Origin: Octopus sinensis
Taxonomy: Eukaryota
DNA: 64,000 nucleotides
Reading direction: 5' to 3'
Assembly: GCF_006345805.1 (NCBI RefSeq)
Contig: NC_043005.1
Coordinates: 24,180,001 to 24,244,000 of the forward strand
Position 1 is the stretch's first letter, and each line of letters starts with the position of its first letter. The translations under genes were made by a program, and so were the position numbers. The notes beneath the pieces are model-generated. The model ran no database searches, had not been told where the DNA came from, and saw only the letters and a program-made list of their open reading frames with translations. Shown piece by piece: positions 53,588 to 64,000 of the stretch.

Positions 53588-54269
53588 TGTGTGTGTGTGA
53601 ATGAGTGTATGTTTCTGTGCGAGGCTATATGTGCATGTGTGCGTTCTTGTTAAAATATATATTCAACTAAGTACGCTGAAGACTATCTACATATCTATAA
53701 TAATCATGCAAATTAAAATGTTTCAAATATTATTAAGCTTCAGCCCGCATCCTCCCTCACATCTCTCTAGAACGGTCTGCAGAAAAAAAGTGAAATACTG
53801 TAAGAGATTAATATAAAAAATCATAACTGTGTTATTGTGCAAGTTACCTCGCATGATCCTATTGAGCTGGCCTTTAATTTGATGACTGTTCACCGGTTTA
53901 GTGCGGTGGAGTGTGTGGAGGTCCCATCCACCTTAATGGATTAGCAACTACATACAAAAATGCAGATTAAGAAGAAGCAAATACAATAATGATCTTGCTG
54001 CGTGGAATAATGAGATACTTATATCTTTGTAGAAAGTTGGCAGCAATGAGCCACACGAAATCGGTATTGTTAATTGAGAGAAAAAGAGAAAAAAAAAACG
54101 GGAATAAAGGTTAAGTTCTTTCTGAGCAAATAAACGATATATTTGAATTTATCGCTATTTGTTTTAGCGTAAAATACAGCAAACAAGGAAAATCTTTTTT
54201 AACCAGTTGTAGGTCTTCTGTGTGTTGCGAGTTTATTGATGTTTATATGTATCCGAATGTGAAAGCAGC

Positions 54270-54470
54270 AGGGCTGGAAGAGTCGTTAGCAAAAATTTTA
54301 GCGGCGTTTCGTCTGTTTTAACGTTCTGAGTTCGCATTCCGTTGAGGTTGACTTCGCCTTTTATCCTTTCCGCGTCGATAAAATAAGTACCAGTTGAAAC
54401 CTGGGGTCGATGTAATCGACTTACCACTTCCCCGAAATTACTGATTTTTTGTCAAAATTTGAAGTCAATA
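54270..54470 (+). mobile_element. SINE family C
   Basis: gggctggaagagtcgttagc..gttctgagttcgcattcc..aagtaccagttg..ctggggtcgatgtaatcgac. Confidence 0.8.
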
Positions 54471-54529
54471 TGCATGTAAATGTGGGTGTAAGTATGGTGT
54501 CATACATACACATGCACACTCATTTATAT

Positions 54530-54573
<44 letters not shown>

Positions 54574-54731
54574 ATATATATATAATGAAATGGATAAATG
54601 AATTATCTTGTTACGGATTATTCAAAATTTAACCGATACCTGTGTAGCAAAAATCACACCAGAAAAGACACGGTTGAGGTTACGACCATGGGGTTTCGCC
54701 CCCGTGCTTTAGCGCGGATAATTGAAGTTTT

Positions 54732-56159
<1,428 letters not shown>

Positions 56160-59100
56160 TGTGTGGTGTGTGTGTGTGTGTGTGAGTGTGTATGTGTGTG
56201 TGTGTATATGTATACGAACGTATGTCTGTGTCTATGAATCTTTGTGTGTTTGTGTATATTATATATGTCTGCAAATTGTTGCAGGCTTAATTTGTTAAAA
56301 TCTACTCTGAAATTTTGTTGGTAAGACATTAGAAAATAGAATATACTATTTCTAGCAGCTGTTCTGTCTAGATTTTGCAGAATGCATTTGCGGGAGATTC
56401 AAAACAATTCTGTTGTATTATAACATTGGGGCATGAAATTATTTCATAAAATATTCCATACCCTTATTTACTTGACATTATTTGTACTTACAACAGTCCA
56501 CTCACGGTACCCTATGTTGACCAATGAATTCGGTTTTAGTTACTTGTCTATCATCAGCATATTTATATGTTACCACGTCTTCGAAGAAGTATTTTAATGC
56601 GGTCAGAACCAGTGGATACACACCGTAGTCGTGTCAGAAATTTGTATTGTTTGATTGGATATCTGCGTAGTTGCTTCATCCAGAGACAGGTTTGAAATGT
56701 CAAGGCGATTTCGCGGAATATCTTTTGAGTCGGGGCAGTCTTTTTAGAACCATATCTAATTTTATTACCCGAATTGTTGTTCTACACGTTAATATTATGG
56801 ATTTAACTTTTGATATATCCGACATCCGAAACAACACATCTAATGTGGTTTGATTTTTATTCCACATACGGTTGATTTAGTGTCCGAAAAACATGCAACA
56901 ACATTGTAACATCAAAGTAGGCGAGAAATATGTTGGTTTCTAATAAGTTACACTGTGTCGTTTTGCAACAAAAATCATGCGAAAATTTATTTTTCACTGC
57001 GTAAAAGAATAGAAAACACTGGGGCAAATCTTTGGCACAAAAGAAAGTGGCGTCGTCTTTAAACAGTCTTTACTATGTCATAAGCCATTCTCTATAACGT
57101 GCAATGAATTTTTTTGACAGAATTTATTGAATGATAAAGCTCCATCCTCGCGTGATCATGTCGAAGAACGGCACCTAGTGACGTCTTTGATATTTTAGGA
57201 GTTTGGTTGGATAATACAAAGTTGGTTTCATGTTTTTTTTCCTTTGTGTATTTTTTAAAGGTTTCATTTTGTCGAATAAATAGAGGCATAGGCTTCAAAA
57301 CCACCTGAGTTCTCAGAACACAAAGAGCCAGAAAGCTGCCGCAAAGTACTTTGTCTAACGCTCAAACAATTCTGTCACTTATTATCATAGACTGGTATTT
57401 TATTTCTACGACTCCAGAAGGATGACCGCGAAAATTGACTTCGGCAGGAATTGAATATGCTGGAACAAATTCTACGAGACACATACTCTCAGCTAATTCG
57501 ATGCTTAAAAGTATGTTACAAGGCTACAGTTTCAATTAATAGAATCATGATAGTAGTTTCAGAGACATCTGCTTGAAGATAAACAGCATAAATTCATTGA
57601 CTTTAGACTTGGCAAACTCCGTGATAACTGTCTTTAAATTATTGGTTGAAATCATTGTCACGTCTGCGAGTAGAAACGAAATATTAATTTAGAGTTGTAT
57701 TCTTTTAGAAAAAAACATAAAACCCACCAGGAGCAACTCGTGATACGAGATAAGGATTGTTTATTAATAGAGATCGCATTTCGTTAAATAACATTAAATA
57801 TGAGTGATCGGGAGATTGTTCGTTATGGTTCGTTTGCTAAGCTAGAATACTGATAAATTTAGCATAAAATTAACTTTTATCATAATTCTGTTTCAAATTA
57901 AGTATGAGAAAAATTTGTCGGTTTCGAAGAGTTTACACTGCGAAGTATCGCGACAAAACTCATGCGAAAATGTGTTTTCAGCTGCGTGAAAGAATAGAAA
58001 ATGTGTAGCAGCTTCCCACATTGACCAGATCCTAAAATTCATTGTATCTCACTTTTAAATTTCAAGCATGTTACAATAATGAAGTTGTGTTTATCAGTAT
58101 GTCCGAAGGAATATATTAACTGGACATACCAACTCTTAAGCGTACTGTCAGTAAGGCCCTTATAACTTTTCAGCGCCGTCTGTGAATGTCACCTTCACAC
58201 GGTATGCGAATGTCATTGTGAGGTGTATATAGAGTGTCATATTAAGGCAAGTGCACCTAACTTCTACATGTAGAATTTATATTGTAGCTTCTGGTTATTG
58301 CAAGATTCAAATTTGGGATACAACTGAAGCCAATTTTAATATTATTGTTATTGAGCAGCATTTGATAGAAATGTTTGCGCAAAAAGTACTCACGATGGCA
58401 CATATAATTTGAGGGGAGAGTTACATGTAAAGATATATGTTCATCTAGAAATTAATGGTTTCTACAGTATAGCTCTCACCATACTGACTAACATACACAT
58501 AATTATGATTTATCTTCTTTTGAATAACTTTCAAACCCAGTAGGTGTTCCTCTCTGTTTCTAAGATATATTAGTGTCATCATTTGTTTGTGTAAATTGTT
58601 GTTGTTGTAGACATCAGTGTTAGCTGGTTTTAAAGCTTGTAGTTTCTGGTGTCACTTTTGAATTTCACTTGTTAAGTAATATGCAATAAGAATTTAGTTT
58701 GTTCACATTTGTATGTGCTACGTGGCTGGTATGATCGGTTGTAGGGGATAGTAGATGTTGTACTGGTCGTGTCGTATTCTTGGGTTGCGACGGAATAGAA
58801 TATAAGCTATGGGGGCTTTCGTGTTGTGGTATTAGATATCAATCATGAATAGCATACGTTATTTTATTGGATTTTTACCTGCTAAAAATGTTTTGTTCGG
58901 TTGCATAAAATATTGTTCGATATTAATCCCGTACAATAAGCATTGCGCGTAGAAATTATACTTTGAATTGCATTCCAGTTGTCCTTTTTATGCCGCTTTC
59001 AAAATCCTTGTAATTCGACTGTTTCTCCGCCTTTGGGCAATGTTTTGATAAAAAGTGACCGAAATGCATATCAGAGTATGGCTATACTTGTTGCGGTCCA

Positions 59101-59220
59101 TAATATTTATATCTAGACGATCTAGCCTTTTCTCTTTGCCTCTATGGACACATTGTGACTATGCCGTTGTCATGTATCATAAACGTTATGTTTCTACCAC
59201 AGCTTGCATTTATATAAAAA

Positions 59221-59615
59221 CTAGCAGTATCGCCCGGCGTTGCTCGGGTTTGTAAGGGAAATAACTATATAAGCATTTTTAGAGATGTAAAGTATAATAG
59301 CCATCTCAATATGGTTAACCACAAAGGGGGGGGGGTGTTACTGTTGCTTTTTACGTTCTGAGATTTAATAATAAACTTTTAGAGAGTTACTTCCCTTATA
59401 TATGCCAAAAATGCATTAAAAATGGGAAAAATTGATGGTATTTTTTTTAATCGTACACTCATCGTAGACGCGCGCTAATACCCAGAAGGGCTCAATATGA
59501 ATCACGACTATAAGATACCCGGTTTTAGTTAAACTGCACCGCAAAATGTGGGAGTAGTTAGGAATCTAAATCGTAGGAGACAGACAGCACACAACCTCAC
59601 TTTTATATATAAAGA
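59221..59615 (-). mobile_element. Non-autonomous Helitron-type element
   Basis: Minus strand starts TC(tttatatataaaag), ends CTAG, has subterminal hairpin cccgagcaacgccggg, and sits between A and T with no TSD. Confidence 0.85.
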
Positions 59616-60248
59616 TATGAACTTAGCAGCCGACTCAATCTCGTCTGTGAATATAATCGAGCACAGAAATGACTGGATGGCAAGTAATGATGTCGTCAGT
59701 TGTTTCATTGTAGTGGTTGAACAATCTGCACTTGATCATAGCTACTGTTTTCATTATTCTATTTTTGTAATTATTTGTGGTTAAGCATTGGTCAAATACA
59801 CCTTTTGTTTATGCTTTTATCCTGAAGCATTTTAGCCATTACTTGCTTTTTCTCTGTCTTTGGTTTCGTCGAGTCTTGCCGAGCTTTGGTTTTAGAGTGG
59901 TTTTTAACTATTTTTTTGTGCTGTACTCATTTTCTGCTTTTTTTCTTTGAATATATTTTTCTATTAAGTCATTGGCTTCTGTTTTGTAATTGACAATTTC
60001 CTTATGGTGGTATGTATGTGCATATATATATATATATATTATATATATATATATACATACATATATATATGTACACATATACATATATATATATGCACAC
60101 ATATATACACATACATATATGCATGTGTGCGTCGGTGTATCTGTGTGTGTATACCTATATAAGTACATATATACACACACATATATATACACATATACAT
60201 GCATGCATATATATATATATCAATATATGAATGTATGTATATATATAT

Positions 60249-60280
<32 letters not shown>

Positions 60281-60494
60281 CGTACATGTATATGTAAGTG
60301 TATATAAGTGTGTGTGTGTATATACTAAAGCGACTGAAGGGGGCTTTTCAGCGCTAATATTAATACAAATAAGAGTCAAAACAGATCATTGTTACAATAA
60401 CACACCATCTTATTTACTGACACGAGAGACAAGCTCTCTAAGTACCAGGCATTTTTTATTGAAAAATTGCTAATAAGCCACTCTTATAATATCT

Positions 60495-60567
<73 letters not shown>

Positions 60568-61653
60568 TATCTATCTTTGTGTTTCTCTATTGTGGTCCCC
60601 TATTAGCGTTGTTCTTCCTGCATATTCTATTTATATCAACTTCAAATTGATGCCTCGGAAAGTTGTCCGTCGTTTGCTGTTTTTGTTCTTTTCTCATGTT
60701 CTATTTCGTTAATATTCAGTTTATTGAGCGGACATAGAAGCAATTATGAGGATAAACAGGTTAGATATATTATATATCTGTAAATATATAAGGCAGGATG
60801 TGTGTGTGTGTGTGTGTGTGCGTGTACGTGAATGTAGTTTATACACATCCACAAATTAGCACGCATGTTGCACAAATTTTAGGAGGACATTCGTCCGACC
60901 CTAGTTGTATTTTCGTTAAATTATTTTCCCCCGAGGCTCCCGCGAATAGGGGTAAATAATTTTGAGCCATAACTTCTAACAATTTTCACGGCGGAGAAAT
61001 TCACCATTGTTTACAAACCAAACATGAGTTAAGTCCCCTTCTAGCGACCGTATAAAGTGAGGGAGGGAGAGGGAGAGAGAGAGAGAAAGAGAGAGTGATA
61101 ACCGATTTTTAAAATTTATTTTCGGGAGTGATTGACAGACAGGGGTTGTTATGTATGTATGTATGTATGTATGTATGTATGTATGTATGTGTGAATGGCT
61201 TCAGTCACACACACACACACGCATACACACGAGCATGTATGCGTACAAAACACATGCATGCAATGTGTGTGCGTATGTTGCCCGTATATATATATATATA
61301 TATACACACATACACACAATATAAACGATATTCTCCGTTTCTCCACAACTAATTTCCAAATTAGCTGAATCTGTTGCTCTACTCATAGTGATATATAGCT
61401 GGTCGTGCGTGAATATGTGTGAGACCAGAGGTTACCAGAGCAAAGGTCCTACGCGTTGACTGTAGACACGCTCCTTCGCAAACGATCAGCTATTACTTTG
61501 TAAACAATGTTTCTTCCTGTTACAAAACTTACGTCCAGGTGCCAAATTTGCTTTAATTGATGGTATTACTCGGGTAGGAGGTGGTGGTGGGACAGTGGCA
61601 GGGGCAAAGGCGTGCAAAAGCATGTATGCAATAGGTGTATGTATGTATATGTT

Positions 61654-61684
<31 letters not shown>

Positions 61685-62370
61685 GTGTGTGTGTGCGTGT
61701 GTGTGTGTGTGCGTGTGTGTGTGTGTTGCCCATATATATATATACTTAGTTGTGTGTGTGTGTTGCCCATATATATACTTAGTTGTAACCGCTTCTCACA
61801 GAGAGGATCGGGCGCCCTTTTGGGCGTTCTATTTTCCTTGCTGGAAGGGTTCTCAACCCATGGGCAAAGTGGGGTTACATGATGGTAGTGGTGTTTTCAA
61901 AAGGGTTGACATATGCAACCTGATCACCTCTGCCGATCTAACTCCCAACCCATGCGCTCCCGTCGCAACACTGATTCTACAGAACTGAGTTGGTATGAAA
62001 ACCAACTTTAAAGTATAACTATAGATGTTTTTTGAATCAGCAATATTCGGTTAAGTCCTATTTGGGATGAAAAATCAATAAACTATTTCCTTATGGGGTT
62101 TTCCATTTAATCAGGATTTAAAAAATCGACAAACCGATTCCTTATAGGACTTCCCACTAAGATTGGTTACACCCCATGTTTTCGGTGTTTCACCTTAGCC
62201 ATATTTAGTGACATTTGTAATTCTCCTTTTTAGTGAAACATTGTAAACTGCTGCTTATATTAATTTTCTTTATACACATTAGTGAATCGCTAAATCATCC
62301 AATTATTTGGATGACGACAACATAGATGCTAATGGCGAAGCGAATCCGGAAAGAGCCGATGATGAACTTT

Positions 62371-62421
62371 CTTAATTGATGAGGCAACGGACACTGCCTA
62401 AGCTGACGCGTCAGTATTAAG
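62371..62421 (+). other. Decayed hammerhead relic within an 18-bp direct-repeat-bounded segment
   Basis: cttaat-tgatga-ggca..tgcc-taagctg-acgcgtc-agtattaag. Direct repeats atttagtgacatttgtaa at 62203-62220 and 62559-62576. Confidence 0.45.
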
Positions 62422-62573
62422 AATCCTCCATCGGCAGTTTTCGGACGATAATGGTCCCTGTTAGTCTATATGTTTCCATTCACGTGTGTTAACTGCAGTG
62501 TTACAGCGATTTAGCTTTTCTTTCAAGCAATGTAGGTGTTTCCTAACACCCAAGTCACATTTAGTGACATTTG

Positions 62574-62621
<48 letters not shown>

Positions 62622-62633
62622 AGTGTATGTATG

Positions 62634-62668
<35 letters not shown>

Positions 62669-63018
62669 GAATGTATATTTATAATATATGTATGTATAAT
62701 ATGCTTAGGGAAAATATACGAAGAGAACAGGAAACAGCAAAAATATTTATGAAGTAATATGTGTATATATATATGTGCGTATCCATACATGTATGCGTGT
62801 TTATGTGCATGAGTGTATGTATTTGAGTGTATAGGAAATAGAAAAAATAGGAATAAGAATTTTTATATTTTTTGACATAAAATTCGGAAGACTACAAGAA
62901 TATGGAAAGAAAATATTCATAAAAAAGTAATTCTTAATCGAATGTAAATTCAGAGAAAAATGTAAAAGAGCAGGGAAGGAGAAAAATTAGAAAAGAAGAT
63001 GACGAAGAAGAGAAAGAA

Positions 63019-63068
<50 letters not shown>

Positions 63069-64000
63069 AAGGGAGAGAGATGAGGAATAAGAAATGTGTG
63101 AGTGAAGGTTAACACGTATCTGTTGTGTAGCGCTGCTTGCTTTCTTTGAGAGTTACAAGTGGGGTGGAAATAATAATAAGTTTAGAGAAATAGAGATACA
63201 ACTTGAATGATTTTCGGACGATGAACTGTTTTTTGATAAGGTTTATCAAATCTGCCACCCATCCTGTAATATTTATGTATCAACTAGTAGTATATTGGCA
63301 AGCAATATGTATTGTATAACTATATCGATTTCCCTCAATATTTTGGAAGAAGTATGGTCGATTGATTCGTATATGATTTCTTTTTAAACCGATAACAGAA
63401 TGTTAATGGAAAACAGCAATAAATAAATATATAAAGACAAGTTAGATCGAAATAGTTAGATAATGAAATGAGTGGTGAAGAAAAAGGAGCGAAAGGAATG
63501 ACTATACAAAAGGTCTTATGGAGAGAAAAAAGACAACAGATAAGATATAGAATAGAAAGAGTTGAAGCATGGTTATCGATGTATGAGTGATTATACCACG
63601 GGTATTAAACAATATAGTATAGGAAATATCTAAATATTTGGAGAAAAGTTACAAAGATAAGCCTGGTAAGGCGCAGTAAAACAAAACTGCAACAAATAAA
63701 GTGAGATGTAAAACTTTAGCTCGGAAATGCATCCATAGCCATATATGGGAATAGTTACATTTTGCACCATTATCTTTTAAACCATCTCCATCTATGATGC
63801 TAAGTTAACGAAGATAGCGAAAAGATGCGAGGTAGTTCATGTGATATATACACGTCATTTTCAACAAATAGGAGGAAAATAGCAACTGTCAGTGATAATA
63901 ACATCGTTATTTACACAGTTTGTGGTGTAAACATTCTTAACAGATATTCCAGAAAGAGAGCACGTCCAGTTTTGAGCTCAATATTTCAAGCTACAGTAAG

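Noticed and set aside
56530-56580. Minus-strand YADD motif
   Set aside because: Isolated, flanked by stops, with no other RT motifs.
56950-58000. Two diverged ~65-bp direct copies (about 56950 and 57936)
   Set aside because: Too diverged and short to define an element or LTR pair.

Overview
Eukaryotic, AT-rich genomic DNA, most likely intronic or intergenic, with a 100-N gap at 11357-11456. The tRNA-derived SINE families and the dense (AT)n/(GT)n/(ATGT)n microsatellites point to an Octopus (cephalopod) genome; this is recognition, not a database result. I find no intact protein-coding gene. Almost all ORFs in the supplied track are translations of microsatellites, and the rest are decayed transposon fragments: Tc1/mariner transposases; CR1, RTE, Tx1/L1, R4/Dong and Penelope-like retroelements; a non-autonomous Helitron; and about 25 SINE copies from at least four families. 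The most interesting signal is non-coding. At least five near-complete minimal type I hammerhead ribozyme (HHR) motifs and several decayed ones occur here, mostly inside Penelope-like terminal repeats arranged as long inverted repeats. One copy has the C3-G8 core pair swapped to U3-A8, and one repeat family carries an A6U core change. Other points: an RTE LINE with C-terminal C2H2 zinc fingers, three different R4/Dong LINE fragments stacked at one (TAA)n tract, and three short local templated duplications. Coordinates were read by eye and element boundaries are approximate; ribozyme activity is untested.
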